Positions 31,339 to 39,836 are shown, counted from the first letter of the stretch. The stretch: DNA of 64,000 nt from Sphingomonadales bacterium (GCA_014763545.1 JACXVD010000007.1:815-64814); one strand, 5' to 3'. Made by a program: numbers and translations. Notes: generated by a model not told the origin, from the letters alone.

Positions 31339-32646
31339 ATGGCCGAACCGCTGCGCATTGCGCTGGCCGGGCTGGGAACCGTGGGCGCCGGGGTGATCCG
31401 GTTGCTCGACACCAATGGCGCGCTGCTCGCCGCGCGCGCCGGGCGCGAACTGCAGGTCGTGGCGGTCAGCGCGCGCGACCGGGGCAAGGATCGCGGTGTC
31501 GACCTGGCGCGCTTCGCCTGGGAAGACGACATGACCGCGATGGCCGCACGCGGCGACGTCGATGTGGTGGTCGAGCTGGTCGGCGGATCGGACGGGCCGG
31601 CGCTGACGCTCGCCCGCAACGCGATCCGCGAGGGCAAGGGGCTGGTCACGGCCAACAAGGCGATGATCGCGCATCACGGGATGGAACTGGCCGCCGCCGC
31701 CGAAGCAGCGGGCACCGCCCTGCGGTTCGAAGCCGCCGTTGCCGGCGGGGTGCCGGTGATCAAGGGCCTGCGCGAAGGTGCCGCGGCCAACGCGATCGAG
31801 CGGGTTTACGGCATCCTCAACGGCACCTGCAATTACATCCTCTCGACGATGGAGGATTCCGGCGCGGACTTTGGCGAGACGCTCGCCGCCGCGCAGCAGC
31901 TGGGTTACGCCGAAGCCGATCCGACCTTCGACATCGAAGGGGTGGACGCGGCGCACAAGCTGTCGATCCTCGCCGGGATCGCCTTCGGGTCGGCCATCGA
32001 CTTCGCTGCGGTCGATTGTTCGGGCATCTCGCGCGTGCGGGCGCAAGACATCGCGCAGGCCGATGCGCTGGGCTTCGTGGTGCGGCTGATCGGCAGCGCC
32101 GATGTCGACAGTACCGGCGCTGAGCCCAAGCTCTACCAGCGCGTCCAGCCGTGCCTGGTGCACAAGGACCACCCGCTGGCCCATGTCGACGGGCCGACCA
32201 ACGCCGTAGTGGCGGAGGGCAATTACGTCGGTCGGCTGCTGTTCCAGGGCGCCGGTGCGGGCGACGGGCCGACTGCCAGCGCGGTGGTCGCCGACCTGAT
32301 CGACATCGCGCGCGGCGAGACGGGCACGCCTTTCTCGGTTCCGGTCGCGGCGATGGTCGCGATGGACAAGGCGCAGAGCGGCCACCGCACCGGGCGGCGC
32401 TACATCCGTTTCACCGTCACCGACCGGCCCGGTGTGCTGGCGGAAATCACCGCCGCGATGCGCGATGCGGGCGTGTCGATCGAAAGCCTGATCCAGCAGG
32501 GCCGCCCCGAGGAAGGCGGCGAGGTGCTGGTGGCGATGGTCGCTCACGAAGGCCCCGAAAGCGGGGTCAGCGAGGCGCTGCGCCTGCTCGAAGGATCGCC
32601 CAGCCTCACCGCGCCGCCGCTGGTGATGCCGATCCTCGGCGCCTGA
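31339..32646 (+). CDS. hom: Homoserine dehydrogenase
   Basis: N-terminal GLGTVG Rossmann motif, a catalytic domain and a C-terminal ACT domain. Confidence 0.95.
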   Translation: MAEPLRIALAGLGTVGAGVIRLLDTNGALLAARAGRELQVVAVSARDRGKDRGVDLARFAWEDDMTAMAARGDVDVVVELVGGSDGPALTLARNAIREGKGLVTANKAMIAHHGMELAAAAEAAGTALRFEAAVAGGVPVIKGLREGAAANAIERVYGILNGTCNYILSTMEDSGADFGETLAAAQQLGYAEADPTFDIEGVDAAHKLSILAGIAFGSAIDFAAVDCSGISRVRAQDIAQADALGFVVRLIGSADVDSTGAEPKLYQRVQPCLVHKDHPLAHVDGPTNAVVAEGNYVGRLLFQGAGAGDGPTASAVVADLIDIARGETGTPFSVPVAAMVAMDKAQSGHRTGRRYIRFTVTDRPGVLAEITAAMRDAGVSIESLIQQGRPEEGGEVLVAMVAHEGPESGVSEALRLLEGSPSLTAPPLVMPILGA

Positions 32647-32655
32647 GCGGGGCAC

Positions 32656-33171
32656 TCACTCGGGGATTTCCCCCTTGGCGATCTTGTCCGCGTCGGACCC
32701 TTCGGGTGCTTGCGGCAGCTTGGTGACGTCGACGAAGATGGCGGGCGGCGGCGGGCATTTGTTCAGCCCGATGCCGCATATGCCGCTGACCGTCGGCGGC
32801 CCCTTGAAGATATAGTCGCCTGCCACATCGGGTGCGCGGGGCACCCCGTCGTCCAGCGCCTGCTTCGAATCGGGGTTCAGTTCCGCAGTCGATTTGACCC
32901 GGAATTCCGAATTGTCCTGGTCGCGCGCGCAGACCACGATCTCGTCGCCTTCCTGCGGCTTGCAGTCCTTTTCCGGCGCAGGCGGGCCATAGGCGTCCTT
33001 CGCCTTGGCGATCGCCTGGTCGGCGGTGACCGCACCCCCGCCCGGGGCCCCTCCTGTCGTTGCGGTGTCACTCTGTGCGTGCAGGGGGGCGTGCAGGGGG
33101 GCGCTGGCCAGCAACGCCAAAAGGGCCGCCAACAGGGCAGTGGAAGGTTTCAGTTGTGCGATCCTCGACAA
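32656..33171 (-). CDS. Hypothetical secreted Cys-containing protein
   Basis: Signal peptide. No family recognised. Confidence 0.55.
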   Translation of the reverse strand: MSRIAQLKPSTALLAALLALLASAPLHAPLHAQSDTATTGGAPGGGAVTADQAIAKAKDAYGPPAPEKDCKPQEGDEIVVCARDQDNSEFRVKSTAELNPDSKQALDDGVPRAPDVAGDYIFKGPPTVSGICGIGLNKCPPPPAIFVDVTKLPQAPEGSDADKIAKGEIPE

Positions 33172-33225
33172 TTCCGCCCTCCGCGTCTAAGCGCTCGCAA
33201 GCTCGCTTTTGGGACTGAATTCACA

Positions 33226-34209
33226 ATGAACAAGACCTCTGCCTCCGTCGAAAATGCACTCGAACGCGTCCTCGTGCTCGAAATGGTCCGCGTGACCGAA
33301 GCGGCTGCCATCGCCGCATCGGAACTTATCGGGCGCGGCGACGAGAAGGCGGCCGACCATGCCGCGGTCGAAGCGATGCGCAAGGCGTTCGACACGCTCT
33401 ATATCGACGGCACCGTGGTGATCGGCGAGGGCGAGCGCGACGAGGCGCCGATGCTCTATATCGGGGAGAAGGTCGGCGGCGCGCCGGGCCGCGGGCCCAA
33501 GATCGACATCGCGCTCGATCCGCTGGAAGGCACCACCATCACCGCCAAGGCCGGGCCCAATGCGCTGGCCGTGCTGGCGGCGGCGGAAGAGGGCTGCCTG
33601 CTCAACGCGCCCGACGTCTATATGGAAAAGCTGGCCGTGGGGCCGGGCTATCCCGAGGATATCATCAGCCTCGACAAGAGCGTGACCGAGAATGTCACCG
33701 CCGTGGCCGATGCCAAGGGGGTCGAGCCGTCCGACATCATCGTCTGCGTGCTCGACCGCCCGCGCCATGCCGAACTGATCGCCGAATTGCGCGACCTGGG
33801 CTGCGGCGTGGTGCTGATCGGCGATGGCGACGTGGCCGGGGTGATCGCGGTGACCGACCCGGAAACCACCATCGACATGTACATGGGTTCGGGCGGCGCG
33901 CCGGAAGGCGTGCTGGCGGCAGCCGCGCTGCGCTGCGTCGGCGGGCAGTTCAACGGCCGCCTGCTGTTCCGCAACGACGACGAACGCGCCCGCGCCCGCA
34001 AATGGGGGATCGAGGACCTCAACCGCATCTACAAGCTGGAAGATCTGGCGAAGGGCGATTGCATCTTCGCCGCCACCGGCGTGACCAGCGGATCGCTGCT
34101 CGAAGGGGTCAAGCGCCTGCGCGGCGGCAAGATGACCACCGAAAGCGTGGTGATGCGCGCATCCTCCGGCACGGTGCGCTGGATTCGGGGCGAGCATCAC
34201 ATCGACTGA
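33226..34209 (+). CDS. glpX: Class II fructose-1,6-bisphosphatase
   Basis: Full-length GlpX similarity (LDPLEGTT, DRPRH, GSGGAPEGV). Confidence 0.95.
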   Translation: MNKTSASVENALERVLVLEMVRVTEAAAIAASELIGRGDEKAADHAAVEAMRKAFDTLYIDGTVVIGEGERDEAPMLYIGEKVGGAPGRGPKIDIALDPLEGTTITAKAGPNALAVLAAAEEGCLLNAPDVYMEKLAVGPGYPEDIISLDKSVTENVTAVADAKGVEPSDIIVCVLDRPRHAELIAELRDLGCGVVLIGDGDVAGVIAVTDPETTIDMYMGSGGAPEGVLAAAALRCVGGQFNGRLLFRNDDERARARKWGIEDLNRIYKLEDLAKGDCIFAATGVTSGSLLEGVKRLRGGKMTTESVVMRASSGTVRWIRGEHHID

Positions 34210-34212
34210 GCG
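34175..34212 (+). repeat. Direct repeat copy 1 (authentic glpX 3' end including the stop)
   Basis: tgcgctggattcggggcgagcatcacatcgactgagcg; 35/38 identical to 34271..34308. Confidence 0.85.
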
Positions 34213-34227
34213 GTAGCAGGCGCCGCC

Positions 34228-34305
34228 ATGGCCCTTGCCGCAACGGTCCTGCGCACCTCCAAAGAGGAACTGCGCTGGATTTGGGGCGAACACCACATCG
34301 ACTGA
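34228..34305 (+). pseudogene. Diverged duplicate of the glpX C-terminus (25-codon fragment ending ...LRWIWGEHHID*)
   Basis: In-frame translation MALAATVLRTSKEELRWIWGEHHID* parallels the GlpX end VMRASSGTVRWIRGEHHID*. Confidence 0.55.
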
Positions 34306-34308
34306 GCG
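34271..34308 (+). repeat. Direct repeat copy 2 (glpX 3'-end duplicate)
   Basis: tgcgctggatttggggcgaacaccacatcgactgagcg; 3 mismatches to copy 1. Confidence 0.85.
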
Positions 34309-34373
34309 ACTGGCGGCGCTGTCCCGGTGCGGGCGGTGGACCGCCGACCGGCCGCTTTCGAAAAACTCCGCCC

Positions 34374-34838
34374 TCATGGCCCGCCTCCCCTGCCGGGGCG
34401 CGGCGCAGCTGCGGGCGGGTGGCGGCGCAGCAGCCGCAAAAGCGAGGAATTGTCGGGCTTGCGGCGGATCGCACTCATGCGCCCACGATAGATCACCGGC
34501 TTGATGAAGCCCGCCTCGACCCGCGCGAGCAGCACCGCATCTGTCACCTTCCGGAAATCCTCGCGCGCCGCCGCGCAGGCCCCGCTGCCCGGCGGCGCCA
34601 GCACCCGGTCCCACGCCTGCGCAAAACTCTCCGCACCCGCCCGCGCGCGCAGGCGATAGGCGCTCGTCCGGCTCATCCCCACCCCGCGCGCCGCCGCCCC
34701 GACCGAGCCGGTGCAATAGAGCAGCGCCAGGAACCCGCACTGCCGCCCCTCGCTCCACCCGTCACGGCGGGCGCGCAAAGGCACCGGACGGAAAAACCCC
34801 GGGCGGCGGCGGATGCGGTGGGCAGGCGGCTTGCTCAT
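34374..34838 (-). CDS. Hypothetical protein with a probable helix-turn-helix
   Basis: GSVGAAARGVGMSRTSAYRLRAR resembles an HTH. Basic N-terminus. High GC, unlike the adjacent islet. Start at the internal Met MSKPPAH. Confidence 0.55.
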   Translation of the reverse strand: MSKPPAHRIRRRPGFFRPVPLRARRDGWSEGRQCGFLALLYCTGSVGAAARGVGMSRTSAYRLRARAGAESFAQAWDRVLAPPGSGACAAAREDFRKVTDAVLLARVEAGFIKPVIYRGRMSAIRRKPDNSSLLRLLRRHPPAAAPRPGRGGGP

Positions 34839-34922
34839 CGGCGAGCTTAAGCCATGGATGGGGGTGTGTAGGAAAGGGGGCTGGGAGATCCCCAAGAAAG
34901 GTGGAACGCGGTGGTCCCTCCG

Positions 34923-35624
34923 TCACACTTGAGGTTCGAGGCTCAATCCAAGTGCGCGCCCCACCAATGGAGTGGGATCGGCGCTCTCATTGCGCCAGTT
35001 CACCCGGCTGGGGTGAGTGGCTGTTACGACCGAAAGGCCATCGGCATTTCTGTGGGTGGTGCTCATCCAACGTCTTTTGTTGTGCTCAACGAATGTGTCA
35101 ATCTGCTCGGAAGCCTCGAGCCTTTCACGCACCCAGAGACCAGCGGTCTTACCGAAACACAAGATGGTGCGAATGTTCAGGCTCTCGATCACGGCAGCAT
35201 GGATAGGCCAACAGGCCGCAAGAAGATCAGACTTCTCCTGCGCTAGGTCATTTTCGCTTCGAGTCTGCACGAAGACCACGTTGCTGGTAGGAACCCGATG
35301 TGGATCCAGGCCGAGGCGACCAAGCATGTGAAGTATCTGGGGCTGAAGTCCCCAGGTACCGGGGGGCGCGCACTCCCAGGAACTGGTATATTCTGACCAG
35401 GGTGCATCCGCTCTTTTGAATTCGGCCAGTTTGCTCGCGATCGTGACGGTCGGGACGTCGGCGGGGATACCGCCAGGGTTCAGGCCAAGCACATAGAGGG
35501 GCGCCTTTTCGACGAACGCCTCTTTGCCAGAATAAAAGACCGAGCCGGAGCGTTTCAGTAAGTCGCTCGGCAAGCGATCCACTGCTGTTCTGATCGCTGA
35601 TGGAATTGCCTCATACGAAATCAT
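34923..35624 (-). CDS. UDG-superfamily DNA glycosylase-like protein (SMUG/MUG-like motifs), lower GC
   Basis: Motif 1 LYVLGLNPGG (nt 35469..35486), mid-region ILCFGKTAG, motif 2 ATHPS (nt 35007..35015). Strong SD (gggagggg) upstream of the ATG. Confidence 0.7.
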   Translation of the reverse strand: MISYEAIPSAIRTAVDRLPSDLLKRSGSVFYSGKEAFVEKAPLYVLGLNPGGIPADVPTVTIASKLAEFKRADAPWSEYTSSWECAPPGTWGLQPQILHMLGRLGLDPHRVPTSNVVFVQTRSENDLAQEKSDLLAACWPIHAAVIESLNIRTILCFGKTAGLWVRERLEASEQIDTFVEHNKRRWMSTTHRNADGLSVVTATHPSRVNWRNESADPTPLVGRALGLSLEPQV

Positions 35625-35823
35625 CTTCCCCTCCCATCCTGAACGAGCCCTCGGAACATCAATTGAACATACTGAAATGGCAAGAGATTTATTTTTTCAC
35701 TTAATGCCAGCTCAAGCCTGTGCCCCATCTTTTGCCTTTTCCCGGAGCGACAGGGGTGCTTTCCCCGAATGCCGCGATCTGGGTGCGGGCAGGAGAAAAC
35801 TTCGTCCTGAGAAGGTGACCCAG

Positions 35824-36858
35824 ATGGCATATGACGATGAAACCAACGAACGACTATGGCTTGCCGAATTCGGCCGCAGCATCACTCAAGACGCCCTTGA
35901 AATGGCGGATGGTTTGAAAACAGCCGAGATCGCCGGAATGGCTGAGTGTTACCTTGCGATACTGATCGATCAGCCGAGCAGATCGAGAGAAACCCTGACG
36001 CTAGCACAAGCTGGTGAAAGGCTTGCTACTAAGCTGATCACTCGCAAAGCGCAGGGAAGCCTCGTGACAGGTCTCCCTGCAATCGATGAGCACTCAGTCG
36101 CTTTGCGGGGCGGAAGTTTGATAGCCCTGGCCGGTTCTGATCGGGCAATTTCTAGTGCTCTCGCCACGACAATCGCAACCACTCTAGCACACACTTTGTG
36201 GCAGGATCGGATGAAGGATCGAATGCCGTCTGAGTCACGCGGCGCAGCAGTAGCCTATTTCAGCCTTAGACTATCTGCCGATTTCATTGCCCTGAGCACC
36301 CTCAAGCAGCTAACAAGTCAAAACGGCGAACACCTGATGACGCTCTCCACTCCAGAGGGACGGGCCGCTCTAAAAGCGGCTTGCCATAAGTTTTCAGCCT
36401 TGCCCCTCTTTCTAGAGGAAGACGCCGAGCTATCTCTGATGCAGATGTTGGCGCGCTCTAGGACGTTGATTAGGCGTCACGACACACGTTTAATTGTCGT
36501 GGATGACATCGGCTTGCTGCGAGAATGTCAGTGCGACACGTACCAGGCCAATTCTAAGTCGCGGAAGTTGCGGCAACTGAAGTCGATGGCAGAATTGAAC
36601 AATGTTGCGGTGATCGCCCTTTGTCCTCAGGGAGATTCAAATGACATGGACCAAGTGCCAGAGCTTCTTAAGTTCGCCGATGAGGTTTGGATTGCTGGCC
36701 CATCAAATCGGTCAGCACCCTTAAGGCCCAACTCGGGCCGTCTGTGGGAGCAAGAGATTGCCTTCACGGTGGTGGACCCGCTTTTCGGAGCGAGTGGTCG
36801 GACGAGCCTAAAAATCGACGTTGATATCGGATACGCGTGTGAGATGCCAAAAGAGTAG
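35824..36858 (+). CDS. DnaB-C-terminal/RecA-fold protein with degenerate Walker A (predicted pseudo-ATPase), lower GC
   Basis: Collinear with the DnaB C-domain. ALAGSDRAISS replaces A-R-P-S-M-GKT; FSLRL replaces FSLEM; Walker B is retained (LIVVDD); the LKSMAELNNVAVIALCPQ segment resembles LKALAKELNVPVVALSQ. Start at 35824, preceded by gagaagg. Confidence 0.65.
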   Translation: MAYDDETNERLWLAEFGRSITQDALEMADGLKTAEIAGMAECYLAILIDQPSRSRETLTLAQAGERLATKLITRKAQGSLVTGLPAIDEHSVALRGGSLIALAGSDRAISSALATTIATTLAHTLWQDRMKDRMPSESRGAAVAYFSLRLSADFIALSTLKQLTSQNGEHLMTLSTPEGRAALKAACHKFSALPLFLEEDAELSLMQMLARSRTLIRRHDTRLIVVDDIGLLRECQCDTYQANSKSRKLRQLKSMAELNNVAVIALCPQGDSNDMDQVPELLKFADEVWIAGPSNRSAPLRPNSGRLWEQEIAFTVVDPLFGASGRTSLKIDVDIGYACEMPKE

Positions 36859-37110
36859 GCAATAGAGGGTGGACTGCTCACTGTTGCCGCCAAACGCGGC
36901 TGCCCGCAACGGGCGACTAGGCGTCTCCTGCCTGAATAATTGACGCTCTTTGACATGACCAATACCCAGTCATCACCGGTCAGGCCCGGGGTGACGGGCA
37001 TTGCTCGGGGCCACCCCCAAACCCCCAACTTCCTCCGCCGCCCTGTTGCAATCCCGTGACCGGGCGCTATCGCCCGCGGGACGACGATTCCCTGCTTCGA
37101 GGATGGCCCG

Positions 37111-38046
37111 ATGAAGATCATGTCCGGCAATGCCAACCTGCCGCTCGCCCGTGCGATTGCCGGTTATCTCGAACTGCCGCTGACCGATGCCAGCGTGCGC
37201 CGCTTCGCGGATGAGGAAATCTTCGTCGAAATCCTCGAGAATGTGCGCGGCGAGGATGTCTTCCTCGTCCAGTCGACCAGCTATCCGGCGAACGACAATC
37301 TCATGGAATTGCTGATCTGCATCGATGCGCTCAAGCGCGCGTCGGCCAAGCGGATCACCGCGGTGGTGCCCTATTTCGGCTATGCCCGGCAGGACCGCAA
37401 GCCGGGGCCGCGCACGCCGATCTCGGCCAAGCTGGTGGCGAATTTGATCACCGAGGCGGGGGCCGACCGCGTGCTGTCGGTCGATCTCCACGCCGGGCAG
37501 ATCCAGGGCTTCTTCGACATCCCGACCGACAACCTCTTCGCCGCGCCGGTGATGGCCGCCGATATCCAGGCGCGTTACGGCGACCAGGATCTGATGGTCG
37601 TCAGCCCCGACGTCGGCGGCGTGGTGCGTGCCCGCGCGCTGGCCAAGCGGCTCGACAATGCGCCGCTGGCGATCGTCGATAAGCGCCGCGACCGCCCCGG
37701 CGAAAGCGAGGTGATGAACATCATCGGCGAGGTGAAGGGGCGCCACTGCATCCTGATCGACGACATCATCGATTCGGGCGGCACGCTGTGCAACGCGGCG
37801 CAGGCGCTGCTCGATGCCGGGGCCAGCTCGGTCGCGGCCTATATCACCCACGGCGTGCTGTCGGGCGGCGCGGTGGCGCGGGTCGACGGATCGGCGCTGA
37901 AGGAACTGGTGATCACCGACACGATCCTGCCGACCGACGCGGCCAAGGATTCGAGCAAGATCCGCATCCTCACCATCGCCCCGCTGATCGGCGAGGCGGT
38001 GCGCCGGATCGCCGACGAAAGCAGCGTCTCCAGCCTGTTCGACTGA
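37111..38046 (+). CDS. prs: Ribose-phosphate pyrophosphokinase
   Basis: Full-length Prs similarity ([23 protein letters not shown]). Confidence 0.95.
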   Translation: MKIMSGNANLPLARAIAGYLELPLTDASVRRFADEEIFVEILENVRGEDVFLVQSTSYPANDNLMELLICIDALKRASAKRITAVVPYFGYARQDRKPGPRTPISAKLVANLITEAGADRVLSVDLHAGQIQGFFDIPTDNLFAAPVMAADIQARYGDQDLMVVSPDVGGVVRARALAKRLDNAPLAIVDKRRDRPGESEVMNIIGEVKGRHCILIDDIIDSGGTLCNAAQALLDAGASSVAAYITHGVLSGGAVARVDGSALKELVITDTILPTDAAKDSSKIRILTIAPLIGEAVRRIADESSVSSLFD

Positions 38047-38051
38047 TCCGC

Positions 38052-39353
38052 ATGCATATCCTCCTGCTCGGGGCCGGCGGCTTCATCGGGAGCGAGCTGG
38101 CCCGCAGGTTGCAGGCGGACGGGCACCGGGTCACCGGCCTCGCGCGCGATGCGCAGCGGGCGGCGCGCGCCAATCCTGCGCTCGATTGGGTCGCAGGCGA
38201 CCTGCGACAGATGGCCGATCCCGCAGCCTGGGCGGGCCTGCTCGACGGGATGGAGGTGGTGGTCAACGCCGCGGGCGCGCTGCAGGGCGGGCTGCGCGAC
38301 GATGTCGGCAAGGTGCAATATGATGCGATGATCGCGCTCTACGCCGCCGCGCAACAGGCCGGGGTGCGCCGGGTGGTGCAGATTTCCGCCGCCGGGGCGG
38401 GGGTGCCGGGCGAGAGCGACTTCATGGCGAGCAAGGCGCGCGCCGATGCCGCGCTGGCCGCATCGGGGCTGGACCACGCGATCCTGCGCCCCGGGCTGGT
38501 GATCGGGCGCAATTGCTTCGGCGGCACCGAGATGCTGCGCATTGCCGCCGCCGCGCCGCTTGCCCGGATCGACTTTGCCGGGACGGGCGCGGTGCAATGC
38601 GTGGCGCTGGCCGATGTCGCGGAGGCGACTTGCCGTGCGGTGTCCGGCGCGGGCGGGGCGGGCGGCAGCTTCGATCTGGTCGAACGCGAGGCGCGCGACC
38701 TGGGCGCGGTGATCGCGCTGCACCGCGCATGGCTCGGCCTGCCGCCGCACCGGCTGCACTGGCGCCTGCCGCTGGCACTGCTGCGCCCGGTCAGCGCGCT
38801 GGCCGACCTGCTCGGCTGGCTCGGCTGGCGCTCGCCGCTGCGCAGCAATGCGGTGGCGGCGCTGGCGCATGGGGTTACCGGCAATGCCGCCGAGGGCGCG
38901 GCGCTGCTCGGGCGCGATGCGCTGTCGCTGCCCGAAACGCTGGCTTCGATGGGCGCGGCGGGCAAGGCCGATCGCTGGCATGCGCGGCTGGCGGGATTGA
39001 TGCCGCTGGCCCTGGCCGCGCTGGTCGCGCTGTGGCTGGGTAGCGGGCTGCTGGGCCTGCTGCGCACCGACGCGGCGGCGCAGGTGCTGGTCGATGGCGG
39101 GATGGGCGATGCGCTGGCGCGGGCCTGCGTGGTCGGCGGATCGCTGGCGGATATCGCCATCGCCGGCGGGCTGTTGCTGCGCCCGGCGCTGGTGCCGGCG
39201 CTGCGGGCCAGCCTGCTGCTGGCGCTGGCCTATTGCGCCGGGTCGCTCGCCTTCCGGGCCGATCTGTGGCTCGATCCGCTGGGGCCGATGCTCAAGGTGC
39301 TGCCGGTGATCGCGCTGACCGCGCTGTGCCTGGCAATTGCGGAGGAGCGGTGA
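38052..39353 (+). CDS. NAD(P)-binding SDR-like domain fused to a C-terminal DoxX-like membrane domain
   Basis: LLLGAGGFIGSEL Rossmann motif and C-terminal TM helices. Confidence 0.7.
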   Translation: MHILLLGAGGFIGSELARRLQADGHRVTGLARDAQRAARANPALDWVAGDLRQMADPAAWAGLLDGMEVVVNAAGALQGGLRDDVGKVQYDAMIALYAAAQQAGVRRVVQISAAGAGVPGESDFMASKARADAALAASGLDHAILRPGLVIGRNCFGGTEMLRIAAAAPLARIDFAGTGAVQCVALADVAEATCRAVSGAGGAGGSFDLVEREARDLGAVIALHRAWLGLPPHRLHWRLPLALLRPVSALADLLGWLGWRSPLRSNAVAALAHGVTGNAAEGAALLGRDALSLPETLASMGAAGKADRWHARLAGLMPLALAALVALWLGSGLLGLLRTDAAAQVLVDGGMGDALARACVVGGSLADIAIAGGLLLRPALVPALRASLLLALAYCAGSLAFRADLWLDPLGPMLKVLPVIALTALCLAIAEER

Positions 39354-39826
39354 TGGACTGGTATGTGCTCGCCCGCTGGCTGCATGTGATCGGCGCCTGC
39401 GTGCTGCTCGGCACCGGCAGCGGGATCGCCTTCTTCATGGTGATGGCGCACCGCACGGGCGAAGCGCGGCTGGTCGCGCACGTCGCCTCCACCGTGGTGG
39501 TGGCCGATTTCCTGTTCACCGCCAGCGCGGTGTTGGTGCAGCCGATCACCGGCATGTGGCTGGCGGCTCTGCTCGGCTGGCCGCTGACGACGCCGTGGCT
39601 GCTGGCATCCTTCGCGCTCTACCTGTTCACCGGGGCCCTGTGGCTGCCGGTGGTGCGGATGCAGCTGCGCATGCGCGACCTTGCGCGGCAGGCGGCGGCA
39701 GGCGGTGCGCCACTGCCAAGCGAATATCACCGCCTCTATCGCCGCTGGTTCGCCTTCGGCGTCCCCGCCTTTGCCGCCGTGCTGGCGATCGTGTGGCTGA
39801 TGCTCGCGCGCCCGCCGCTGTGGTAG
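39353..39826 (+). CDS. DUF2269-like integral membrane protein
   Basis: Four TM helices. The ATG overlaps the upstream stop. Confidence 0.65.
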   Translation: MDWYVLARWLHVIGACVLLGTGSGIAFFMVMAHRTGEARLVAHVASTVVVADFLFTASAVLVQPITGMWLAALLGWPLTTPWLLASFALYLFTGALWLPVVRMQLRMRDLARQAAAGGAPLPSEYHRLYRRWFAFGVPAFAAVLAIVWLMLARPPLW

Positions 39827-39836
39827 CGACGCGCGC

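Noticed and set aside
35677-35823. Upstream Met (MARDLFFHLMPAQ...) as the start of the DnaB-like gene.
   Set aside because: It has no SD, and the 49-aa extension looks non-protein-like and covers the AT-rich divergent promoter region. The ATG at 35824 has a gagaagg SD.
36859-37110. Looked for a third copy of the glpX-tail repeat, or an inverted repeat matching 34840..34922, at the right border of the low-GC islet.
   Set aside because: Only trivial 5-6-nt matches were found, so the right boundary of the islet is undefined by repeats.
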